A stretch of 64,000 nucleotides of DNA from Desulfobacterales bacterium. Its GTDB lineage: Bacteria > Desulfobacterota > Desulfobacteria > Desulfobacterales > UBA5852. This document shows, one piece after another, positions 38,049 through 45,699 of this stretch; the first letter of the stretch is position 1, and every line of letters starts with the position of its first letter. Both the position numbers and the translations under genes were made by a program. The stretch lies in contig CAXXVS010000001.1 of the NCBI GenBank assembly GCA_963674755.2, forward strand, positions 288,001 to 352,000. The letters are read 5' to 3'. The notes under the pieces were generated by a model. It saw only the letters and a program-made list of their open reading frames with translations, ran no database searches and had not been told where the DNA came from.

Positions 38049-39245
38049 ATGGCCCCAAACGATCCAACCCTTCCTGTAAGTGAGGCGCCCTCCAAGGCTT
38101 CTTTCTGGTACGATCCCAAGGTGCGGGGCGTGATGTACCAGATCGGTGCCATGGCCATGGTGGGGCTGCTGGCCTACTACCTCATGACCAACACCATGGC
38201 CAACCTGGAGCGGCAGTCCATTGCCACCGGTTTCGGGTTTCTGGACAAGCAGGCCTCGTTTGAAATCGGCGAGTCCCTGATTTCTTACTCAGCGGCGAGC
38301 ACCTATGCCCGGGCTCTGGTGGTGGGGGCTCTCAACACCCTGCTGGTGTCCTTTATCGGGATCATCATCACCCTCATTCTGGGAACGTTCATCGGTATTG
38401 CGCGGCTGTCCTCCAACTGGCTGGTTTCCCGTCTATCGGCGATCTACATCGAAGTCTTTCAGGACATCCCGGTATTACTGCAGCTTTTCTTCTGGTATGC
38501 CTTTTTCTACGAAATTCTCCCCAGCCCCCGCCAGGCCCTCAATCTCTTCCAGGGGGTCTTTCTCTGCAACCGGGGGCTGATCTTCGGCATCCCGGCAGCG
38601 CATCCCGTCTGGAAATTTGTCGGGTTGGCTTTCGTCGCGGGCTGCGCCGCGATCTATCTCATCCGTCGCTGGGCCCGCAAGCGCCAGGACCGTACCGGAC
38701 AGATCTTTCCGCTGATGCGCGTATCAGCGGCCATTCTGATCGGTTTGCCGCTGCTCGTCTGGTGGCTGGGCGGGGCGCCCACGGCCATGAATGTACCGGC
38801 GCTGAAAGGGTTTAATTTCAAGGGCGGTGTCAGTGTCAGCCCCGAGTTCACCGCGCTCCTGCTGGGGCTGGTGCTTTACACAGCTGCCTTTGTGGCCGAA
38901 GTCGTGCGGGCGGGGATTCAGTCCGTCAGCAAGGGCCAGAGCGAAGCGGCCATGTCCATCGGGTTGAAACCGGGCCAGGTCCTCAACCTGGTGATCCTGC
39001 CCCAGGCCCTGCGGGTGATCATCCCCCCGCTGACCAGCCAGATGCTGAACCTGACCAAGAACAGCTCCCTGGCGGTGGCGATCGGGTTCCCGGATTTCGT
39101 TTCGGTAGCGGGTACCACCATCAACCAGACCGGCCAGGCCATCGAAGGCGTGGTCCTGATCATGGCGGTTTATTTAATTTTCAGCCTGTCCACCTCGGCT
39201 TTCATGAATTGGTACAACAAAAAGATGAAACTCGTGGAGCGTTAA
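38049..39245 (+). CDS. aapQ: Amino acid ABC transporter permease
   Basis: GFGFL...ASFEIGE, NTLLVS, AEVVRAGIQSV.KGQ.EAA, NLTKNSSLA. Confidence 0.93.
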   Translation: MAPNDPTLPVSEAPSKASFWYDPKVRGVMYQIGAMAMVGLLAYYLMTNTMANLERQSIATGFGFLDKQASFEIGESLISYSAASTYARALVVGALNTLLVSFIGIIITLILGTFIGIARLSSNWLVSRLSAIYIEVFQDIPVLLQLFFWYAFFYEILPSPRQALNLFQGVFLCNRGLIFGIPAAHPVWKFVGLAFVAGCAAIYLIRRWARKRQDRTGQIFPLMRVSAAILIGLPLLVWWLGGAPTAMNVPALKGFNFKGGVSVSPEFTALLLGLVLYTAAFVAEVVRAGIQSVSKGQSEAAMSIGLKPGQVLNLVILPQALRVIIPPLTSQMLNLTKNSSLAVAIGFPDFVSVAGTTINQTGQAIEGVVLIMAVYLIFSLSTSAFMNWYNKKMKLVER

Positions 39246-39252
39246 GCGGCTT

Positions 39253-40350
39253 ATGGCAGACACGCAGCCCACAGACACGCGTATGGACGGCATCAAGCCG
39301 CCCCGCAGCAGTGTCGGTGTGATCGGCTGGCTCAGGGCGAACCTGTTCAACTCCTGGTTCAACTCCCTGCTGACCCTGGCGATCCTCTTCCTTTTTTACA
39401 AAACGGTTCCGCCCTTTGTCCGGTGGGCCTTCATCGACAGCCTCTGGACGTCCACCGGCAAGGAATGTATGGCCACCGACGGGGCCTGCTGGTCCGTGAT
39501 CCCGGCCAATTTCCGCTTTATCCTGTTCGGGTTTTATCCCTACGACGAGCAGTGGCGCCCGGCGATCGCCATCGCCCTGCTGGTGGGTCTGCTGATTTAC
39601 AGTCAGTACCGGCGCAACTGGAAGAAGAATCTGCTTTATATCTGGATCGGCGCTCTGGTGGTCATGGGGGCGCTGATGAAAGGCGGTCTGCTGGGTCTGG
39701 TCCCGGTGGAAACCACCCAGTGGGGCGGTCTGCCGCTGACATTGATGCTCTCGGTTTTCGGCCTCACCGCGGCCTATCCCCTGGGGATCGTGCTGGCTTT
39801 GGGACGTCAATCCCGGCTGCCGGCCATCCGCTCCCTCTGCGTCATTTACATCGAGCTTATCCGGGGCGTTCCCCTGATCAGTCTGCTTTTTATGTCCTCG
39901 GTGGTTTTTCCCCTATTTCTGCCCGAAGGGGTCAACCTCAATGCCATTCTGCGGGCCCAGGTCGCCATCATCATGTTTACGGCGGCCTATATCGCCGAAG
40001 TGGTGCGGGGCGGCTTGCAGGGCATGGCGCGCGGACAGTATGAAGCCGCGGAGTCCCTGGGGCTCAATTACATGCAGACCATGAGGCTGGTGATTCTGCC
40101 CCAGGCGCTGAAGATTGTGATCCCCCCCTCGGTCAGCATTCTGATCTCGGCCTTCAAGGATACCTCCCTGGTGGTTATCATCGCGCTTTACGATCTGCTG
40201 AAGACCACCCAGTCCATCCTGGGCGATCCCCGTTGGATGGGCTTTGCGCCGGAAGCCTATATCTTCGTGGCCATGATTTATTTTGTGTGCTGCTTCTACA
40301 TGTCTCATTTCAGCCGCAAGCTGGAGCGGGAGCTGGATACCGGTTTGTAG
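39253..40350 (+). CDS. aapM: Amino acid ABC transporter permease
   Basis: GACW, WGGLPLTL, IRGVPLI, AEVVRGGLQ..GQYEAA, FKDTSLV. Confidence 0.93.
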   Translation: MADTQPTDTRMDGIKPPRSSVGVIGWLRANLFNSWFNSLLTLAILFLFYKTVPPFVRWAFIDSLWTSTGKECMATDGACWSVIPANFRFILFGFYPYDEQWRPAIAIALLVGLLIYSQYRRNWKKNLLYIWIGALVVMGALMKGGLLGLVPVETTQWGGLPLTLMLSVFGLTAAYPLGIVLALGRQSRLPAIRSLCVIYIELIRGVPLISLLFMSSVVFPLFLPEGVNLNAILRAQVAIIMFTAAYIAEVVRGGLQGMARGQYEAAESLGLNYMQTMRLVILPQALKIVIPPSVSILISAFKDTSLVVIIALYDLLKTTQSILGDPRWMGFAPEAYIFVAMIYFVCCFYMSHFSRKLERELDTGL

Positions 40351-40399
40351 GGAACATAGAAGGATAGCATTATAGGGGAAAGCGAACAGAAAAGCTTTG

Positions 40400-40471
40400 C
40401 ACCACGAAGAACACGAAGAACACGAAGAAAATCTCAAATTTAGGCGATGGTCTTTCGTGGCCTTCGTGGTG
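40400..40471. repeat. Short tandem CACGAAG(AA) repeats with inverted counterpart
   Basis: caccacgaagaacacgaagaacacgaag ... tttcgtggccttcgtggtg. Confidence 0.6.
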
Positions 40472-40522
40472 GGTTAACCTTTCCTGGATTTTTCCACAGA
40501 GTCGATTAGAGGACGCATTACA

Positions 40523-41299
40523 ATGAGCGATGCCACCCCGATCCAAGCTGAAAAGGCCCCCGAAGGGGATCCCATCATCCGTATTTCCCAGATGCACAAG
40601 TGGTACGGGGATTTCCATGTGTTGCGGGACATCAACCTGGACGTGCAGCGCGGCGAGCGGATTGTTATCTGCGGGCCTTCAGGCTCCGGGAAGTCCACAC
40701 TGATCCGCTGCATCAACCGTCTGGAGGAGCATCAACGGGGCAAGATCATCGTGGACGGCATCGAGTTGACCAACGATCTCAAGAATATCGAAAAAATCCG
40801 CATGGAAGTCGGCATGGTCTTCCAGCACTTCAATCTCTTCCCCCACCTGACCATCCTGGAAAATCTCTGCCTGGGCCCCATCTGGGTGCGCAAGACCCCG
40901 CGCAAAGAGGCGGAAGAGATCGCCATGGTCTATCTGGAAAAGGTTCACATCGCCGAGCAGGCCCAAAAATTTCCCGGCCAGCTGTCCGGCGGCCAGCAGC
41001 AGCGTGTGGCCATCGCCCGCAGCCTGTGCATGAAACCCAACGTGATGCTCTTCGACGAGCCCACCTCGGCCCTGGACCCGGAGATGGTCAAGGAGGTCCT
41101 GGACGTCATGATCAGCCTGGCCAAGGAGGGCATGACCATGCTGGTGGTGTCCCACGAAATGGGCTTTGCCCGCAGTGTGGCCCACCGGGTCATGTTCATG
41201 GACTACGGCCAGATCGTGGAAGAGAACAATCCCGACGACTTCTTCAACCATCCCCAGAACGACCGGACGAAGTTGTTCCTAAGCCAGATCCTCCATTAG
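40523..41299 (+). CDS. aapP: Amino acid ABC transporter ATP-binding protein
   Basis: [49 protein letters not shown]. Confidence 0.95.
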   Translation: MSDATPIQAEKAPEGDPIIRISQMHKWYGDFHVLRDINLDVQRGERIVICGPSGSGKSTLIRCINRLEEHQRGKIIVDGIELTNDLKNIEKIRMEVGMVFQHFNLFPHLTILENLCLGPIWVRKTPRKEAEEIAMVYLEKVHIAEQAQKFPGQLSGGQQQRVAIARSLCMKPNVMLFDEPTSALDPEMVKEVLDVMISLAKEGMTMLVVSHEMGFARSVAHRVMFMDYGQIVEENNPDDFFNHPQNDRTKLFLSQILH

Positions 41300-41441
41300 A
41301 AGGCATTTAAAAAAGTCTTTTCGCTCGATATCGGCGTTGAGCCCTCGTCTCAAGTCCTCGGCATACATGAGTATGCCTGCGGGTTGAAACGAGTGCTCGC
41401 CTTGATCTCGAACGAAAATCCAATTTTTAAATGCCCTCTTA
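41297..41441 (+). mobile_element. MITE-like element (family B) starting at the aapP stop codon
   Basis: TIRs tagaaggcatttaaaaa / tttttaaatgccctctta; core cggcgtt...cctcggcatac..gtatgcctgcgg...cgccttga. Confidence 0.7.
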
Positions 41442-41447
41442 CCACTA

Positions 41448-41571
41448 TTCAGGAACGGTCTTTTTGATCTTGGTCGGTCGTAGCGGGTTTTACGGCTGCG
41501 GCGTACAAATGCACACCTTACCGAAAACCCTTGTGCGGCCTTGATCAGAGCCAAAAATCCTCATCCCTGAA
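41448..41571 (+). repeat. Degenerate MITE-like element (family C)
   Basis: Ends ttcagga.../...tccctgaa; core ggcgtac...gcggccttga...aaaaatcctc resembles the other families. Confidence 0.5.
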
Positions 41572-41677
41572 GCGGACATACTACTAATCAAATAGCGTCA
41601 AGAGCCTTCGCACTTCTGAGGGTGGTGGGTTGTTGTGGGGGGGGTAAAAAAGAAATTGAACTTGGTTTTTAAAATCT

Positions 41678-41718
41678 AAAATGATGGTCTGGAGAGGAGT
41701 TCTCCAGGCCATCATTTT
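41678..41718. terminator. Intrinsic terminator hairpin at the end of the Arg-rich small ORF
   Basis: aaaatgatggtctggaga-ggagt-tctccaggccatcatttt; overlaps the stop at 41717. Confidence 0.7.
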
Positions 41719-41878
41719 ATGTGCGATGCTCGGGGCCTAACCGCGGGCCCTCCCGGCGGTCTTCTCCGCTACGGCGCTCCTCCCCGGAGCGGCGTTCCGG
41801 TACATGGCCGGCGTAGGAAAACTGCCGGCGGTCCGCCCCGCAGCGGCGACCGCCATTGTCCCAACACTTGGCCTCCAT
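41717..41878 (-). CDS. 53-aa Arg-rich small protein with (D/E)RRxGx(D/E)RR repeats (below the ORF-track cutoff)
   Basis: Manual translation MEAKCWDNGGRRCGADRRQFSYAGHVPERRSGEERRSGEDRREGPRLGPEHRT*; SD AAGGA 7 nt upstream; terminator at the stop. Confidence 0.75.
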   Translation of the reverse strand: MEAKCWDNGGRRCGADRRQFSYAGHVPERRSGEERRSGEDRREGPRLGPEHRT

Positions 41879-41925
41879 GGCGCCATCCTTTCCCGGGGCA
41901 ATCCAACCGCCCCATAAAAGTTGAC

Positions 41926-41967
41926 GAAAAGGGCACGGATATGATTCTCATACCCCATGCCCTTTTC
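41926..41967 (-). terminator. Terminator hairpin downstream of PEP-CTERM gene 1
   Basis: gaaaagggca...tgcccttttc inverted repeat about 30 nt after the stop. Confidence 0.65.
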
Positions 41968-41998
41968 AATGGCAACCTTTACGGATGTTACATGAAGG

Positions 41999-42823
41999 CT
42001 ATTTCTTGAACAGCTTCTTGCGGCCCATACCGGCCAGACCTACTAAACCGAGTCCCATCAGGACGATGGTTCCGGGTTCAGGGACGGGTTCAACCCCCCC
42101 GCCTCCTGCTGTGCAAATAATCCTTTCAATGTCAGTCTCAATTGTATTTGCTGTTGTGTAAGTGTAAGTACCTCCGGTTGCCCCGAATGTATATCCTCCT
42201 CCCAAACCACCTACTGCCATTGCTTGGAAAACTGCATCTCTATTAGCTTCATCTGAAGGATAATATGTAGTCCCAATTAAGGAGAATAGCATCACATCGT
42301 TTAGGATAGCCAACTGATTTGCATCATAGGCAGCATCCCAATCCGCTTGAGTTACCGGGTAGCCGTCATCGGTACCTTCGTCACCAATTGTGACAACAGC
42401 TTTAAAATAATCCTGATCGGCAGTAGTATCATCATTCCAGGCATAGTAGTTAATCAAATCGGATACAGCCGGGCCATTGTCCTCACTTTGGTTAGAGACT
42501 GGTGTGCCTCCGGCAGTAACTACATAATCATAAACATTATCACCAAAAAGACTATCTTGTGTAATTCCCATTAATGTAGCACGCACATAAACATCGCATT
42601 CCGGGCAGTCCAAACTATCAACAATAGATTGGATGGTATCATTCACGGCAGAGATTTCATCAGACATTGAGCCGCTGGTATCGAAAGCAAAAACGATGTC
42701 CAGAACATCTGTAGCCGATGCTTGGTCAGTCACATCGCCGCCTATAACGTATAATGCCCAAGCTGATGGTGAAAAAGAAACCACTAATAAAAATGCAACG
42801 AACAGGATCATTACTCTTTTCAT
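41999..42823 (-). CDS. PEP-CTERM sorting-domain protein with VWA-like (MIDAS) domain
   Basis: Signal peptide; DIVFAFDTSGSM DxSxS motif, later IGDE; C-terminal PVPEPGT + TM + RKK tail; SD GGAGG. Confidence 0.92.
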   Translation of the reverse strand: MKRVMILFVAFLLVVSFSPSAWALYVIGGDVTDQASATDVLDIVFAFDTSGSMSDEISAVNDTIQSIVDSLDCPECDVYVRATLMGITQDSLFGDNVYDYVVTAGGTPVSNQSEDNGPAVSDLINYYAWNDDTTADQDYFKAVVTIGDEGTDDGYPVTQADWDAAYDANQLAILNDVMLFSLIGTTYYPSDEANRDAVFQAMAVGGLGGGYTFGATGGTYTYTTANTIETDIERIICTAGGGGVEPVPEPGTIVLMGLGLVGLAGMGRKKLFKK

Positions 42824-42912
42824 TCTAAACCCTCCCTAATTAGGCATGTTGTCTCATATAGAGGCATCTTGAAATGATTAATATTATAAATTTATCACCT
42901 CCCTTCTATTAC

Positions 42913-42947
42913 AAAAAAACCGGGATGCTCTGTTTAGAGCAACCCGG
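42913..42947 (-). terminator. Riboswitch expression-platform terminator
   Basis: RNA CCGGGUUGCUCU-AAAC-AGAGCAUCCCGG-UUUUUUU; overlaps the aptamer 3' strand. Confidence 0.8.
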
Positions 42948-43030
42948 CTGTCTCACGAATCTGTGGCTTGCGCCCCTAAGAGACCCGTAGTTTTCCGTCC
43001 CTGGCTCACGCCAGGTTTGGCTTTTTCTGG
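42933..43030 (-). ncRNA. c-di-GMP-I (GEMM-I) riboswitch, G20 type
   Basis: RNA AAAAG-CC-AAA-CCUGGC-GUGA-GCCAGG-GAC-GG-AAA-ACUACGGGUCU...AGACAGCCGGGUUGC, matching the GEMM-I consensus (P2 with GNRA loop, GACGGAAA, AGCCGGGUUGC). Confidence 0.9.
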
Positions 43031-43041
43031 AGGGGGTATAT

Positions 43042-43057
43042 AGCAAGTGATGTGCCT
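43042..43057 (-). promoter_or_regulatory. Putative sigma54 promoter of PEP-CTERM gene 1
   Basis: Minus strand AGGCAC-atcac-TTGCT, about 12 nt before the riboswitch. Confidence 0.8.
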
Positions 43058-43328
43058 AACGGCTTATAAGATATGCGGAAAGATTTACGAATGGTTACAT
43101 CTTATTGAAATTAAGTTACAAAATGTAATGAATAATATTTATCGAGTGAATGGGAAATGGCGTGAATCACTGGATATAGCCCTGTAATTAGCAATAAGTA
43201 TATGTAAATTTTTCCCCATATGGAAAAAAATTATTCAGAGCCGAATTGCATTGCTTTGATGAAGTCGTTGCGAAAGGTCTGGCTTATGAAGGCTCCCCAA
43301 GGAGGGCCTTCAACACCGAATAAGCCTA

Positions 43329-43355
43329 CTGGGCTCCTGCCTTCGCAGGAGCGAC
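43329..43355. repeat. REP-like hairpin
   Basis: ctgggctcctgccttcgcaggagcgac. Confidence 0.45.
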
Positions 43356-43422
43356 GGCAACAAGGCGTTTGTGCCGGTGGATTTTAGCCGTTGTGAGGTT
43401 TAAGCGGGGATTCCGAAAAAAT

Positions 43423-43470
43423 AAAAAGCCCGCCCCAACGAACGCTTCTGATCGTCGGTGCGGGCTTATT
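43423..43470 (-). terminator. Terminator downstream of PEP-CTERM gene 2 (duplicated at 44601-44647)
   Basis: aaaaagcccgc...gtgcgggctt inverted repeat with an A-tract on + (U-tract on -). Confidence 0.7.
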
Positions 43471-43496
43471 TGTCATCTATTGCGAAAGGTTGGAAT

Positions 43497-44177
43497 TTAA
43501 TTCCTGAATCTTTTGCGCCCCACACCAGCCAGCCCCACCAGACCGAGGCCCATCAAGACGATGGTGCCGGGTTCGGGGACGGGGGCGGTAGAAGACCGGC
43601 GCAAATAGTTTTGCCCATTTTTACTGTAGGCAACTACAAGGGAATTTGTTAGCTTATATTCGCTCCAATCCATATCCTCCATATAGCGGATACTCTGTGC
43701 TTCCTCCCCAAGAGCATCAGCAATATAACCTTTTATCCCCAACTCCATCCAAATTGCAACTTGGTATGCACTTTGATTGCCGCCGTTGGTAAAGAAAAAG
43801 TCTGCATATTTGGCAGCTAGTCCCAATTGAGCGGTAGAATAATCGGGAACTGAATCAGGGGCATCATTGGCAAGATAACCCGACAATGTATCGAGCGTGT
43901 AAGGTGCTGCCGTCCCCAATGTCGCATCGATGCAAAAGGCAAGCGTCAAGTTATCATAATCCCAAGAATCGCCCAATGTTTCTGAAAAAGGTTCTCCAGT
44001 AAAAGCAAACTTGTATTGGGTGTACCAGTTACCATAGAGGGTGCCTTGATAGGCCGTAGCATAACTATTTTCAAGGTTGATGGGTGTTGAAAATGCTCCG
44101 CCCGGTCCGATCAACAACGCCGCAACCAGTATGGTGCAAAAGATAAAAAGTTTGCCTAAAATCCTCTGTTGTTTCAT
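43497..44177 (-). CDS. PEP-CTERM sorting-domain protein
   Basis: Signal peptide; AFCID...AYQVAIW...GQNYL pattern; PVPEPGTIVLMGLGLVGLAGVGRKRFRN tail; SD AAGGAG. Confidence 0.92.
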   Translation of the reverse strand: MKQQRILGKLFIFCTILVAALLIGPGGAFSTPINLENSYATAYQGTLYGNWYTQYKFAFTGEPFSETLGDSWDYDNLTLAFCIDATLGTAAPYTLDTLSGYLANDAPDSVPDYSTAQLGLAAKYADFFFTNGGNQSAYQVAIWMELGIKGYIADALGEEAQSIRYMEDMDWSEYKLTNSLVVAYSKNGQNYLRRSSTAPVPEPGTIVLMGLGLVGLAGVGRKRFRN

Positions 44178-44282
44178 TCAACTCTCCTTTTGGTTGATTC
44201 CTGATATCGATATATGGGGGTCGTTACCCCGGGTTAGTGGACACCTTTCCAGGATCAGGCGTTGTACGGATGGCATCAGCTA

Positions 44283-44298
44283 TTCAATCTACGTGCCT
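44283..44298 (-). promoter_or_regulatory. Putative sigma54 promoter (non-canonical -12) of PEP-CTERM gene 2
   Basis: Minus strand AGGCAC-gtaga-TTGAA, in the same ttaggcac context as the gene 1 promoter. Confidence 0.55.
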
Positions 44299-44600
44299 AA
44301 GCCAATCATTATTCTATAATTTTTTATTTACTAATTAATTTAAGTGGATACTGCAGGGTTGGATATCGTGAAATTGTCCAGAGGAGATCTTTGATCGCTT
44401 GGCTTCAGGTAATAAAGGTTATATCGGGGAACTAATTGGGTAGTTGGTTACCCAATGTGCATTAGGCGCTATTCGCAGTCCTTTTTCCCCTGGCGACCAG
44501 GCAATCAATAGGCATGATCGTGGGCGTTGGTGGCGCATGTGTTTTGTGTGCCCTTGCAGGGCAAAGTTTAGGGGGTGATGCCGGGATGCCGAAGAAAACT

Positions 44601-44647
44601 AAAAAGCCCGCCCAACGAACGCTTTCGATCGTCGGTGCGGGCTTATT
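44601..44647 (-). terminator. Terminator downstream of PEP-CTERM gene 3
   Basis: Near-identical copy of 43423-43470. Confidence 0.7.
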
Positions 44648-44672
44648 GTCGCCTAATGCGGTATGCCGAAAC

Positions 44673-45158
44673 TTAATTCCTGAATCTTTTGCGCCCCACG
44701 CCGGCCAGTCCCACCAGGCCGAGTCCCATCAGGACGATGGTACCGGGTTCGGGAACGGGCGCGCTTTCGGGAGTATGGTCCGAAATATGACCAAAATGAC
44801 CTTCATGGCTCCATTTCCATTTGTTTGGACCGTATTTGTGCCAGCCGGCCAGGTGATATCGATCGCGGCCGAAATCATCAGTGGGGCCATCGCCGGCCCA
44901 ATTGATGTAGGCGCCCCATTCTCGGTCTGTCATCCATTTCCATCCGGAACCTTGATCGTGTCGGCCGAGATCCTGGTTGCTGCGGATCCCGTATTCGCCA
45001 GAATAGTATTTCAGCGAGTCATCGTTGAAATGCGGCCCGCCCGCGTTGGCTATGGCGGTCAGAGCATGGCCGTTTCCGTTCCAATTCAATGCGGAGGCCG
45101 GACCAGCCAATGCCAGGCATAAAAAGACACCGAATAAACTCCATAACAATCTTTTCAT
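44673..45158 (-). CDS. PEP-CTERM sorting-domain protein (His/Trp/Gly-rich)
   Basis: MKRLLWSLFGVFLCLALAGPASA signal peptide; PEP-CTERM tail identical to gene 2; SD AAGGA before ATG 45158. Confidence 0.9.
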   Translation of the reverse strand: MKRLLWSLFGVFLCLALAGPASALNWNGNGHALTAIANAGGPHFNDDSLKYYSGEYGIRSNQDLGRHDQGSGWKWMTDREWGAYINWAGDGPTDDFGRDRYHLAGWHKYGPNKWKWSHEGHFGHISDHTPESAPVPEPGTIVLMGLGLVGLAGVGRKRFRN

Positions 45159-45182
45159 TTCGTTGTTCCTTTCACCAAAAAC

Positions 45183-45215
45183 CAAAACAGCCGGACTGCA
45201 TTTGCAACCCGGCTA
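45183..45215 (-). terminator. Riboswitch expression-platform terminator
   Basis: RNA UAGCCGGGUUGC-AAAU-GCAGUCCGGCUG-UUUUGGUUUUU; overlaps the aptamer 3' strand. Confidence 0.7.
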
Positions 45216-45283
45216 TCCGTGCTGTTCGAGATGGGATCCGTGGCTTTCCGTCCCTGGCTTTCGCCAAGTTTGGTCTTGGTTGG
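45201..45283 (-). ncRNA. GEMM-I riboswitch, A20 variant (candidate c-AMP-GMP sensor)
   Basis: RNA AAG-A-CC-AAA-CUUGGC-GAAA-GCCAGG-GAC-GG-AAA-GCCACGGAUCC...GGAUAGCCGGGUUGC. Confidence 0.88.
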
Positions 45284-45289
45284 AACTAT

Positions 45290-45305
45290 AGCAAAAATTG
45301 TACCG
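45290..45305 (-). promoter_or_regulatory. Putative sigma54 promoter of PEP-CTERM gene 3
   Basis: Minus strand CGGTAC-aattt-TTGCT, immediately before the riboswitch. Confidence 0.7.
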
Positions 45306-45624
45306 GATGGATGTGTTTGTGAGACACTGCGCAGAACATTTCATAATAGGGTGTAAGACATTGTAATAAAGCATAAAAAATATTGTTAACAATCATATTT
45401 TACTGGTGCCTTTGGGGCGTGCGGGATAGGATTTTACAAGGAAATTGAGGAAATGTTTTCATATGGAGCGAAATGCTTACCCATATTGGAAAGACGGTGC
45501 CGTTATTGTGGCGTTCGTTGTCCTAGTCGTCCTTTCCCTCAGGATAATACATGCTATCTTTTACAAGAACGACATCCGTTCCTGTTCGCGCCATTGACAG
45601 CGATCACGACTGATTCTATGTAAC

Positions 45625-45693
45625 AGAAAGGCCCCTGCCATTCTTTGCAGGGGCCTTTCTCGTTCTTGCCAATCGCGCCGAGCGATTGGCAAG
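45625..45693 (-). terminator. Two hairpins (terminator) downstream of the TRAP operon
   Basis: cttgccaatcgc...gcgattggcaag (45665-45693) and agaaaggcccctgc...gcaggggcctttct (45625-45660). Confidence 0.75.
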
Positions 45694-45699
45694 CAAGGC

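Noticed and set aside
41737..42009. Track ORFs 41719-42009, 41737-41958 and 41769-41975
   Set aside because: They cross a terminator hairpin and lack SD or motifs; the 41717-41878 frame is better supported
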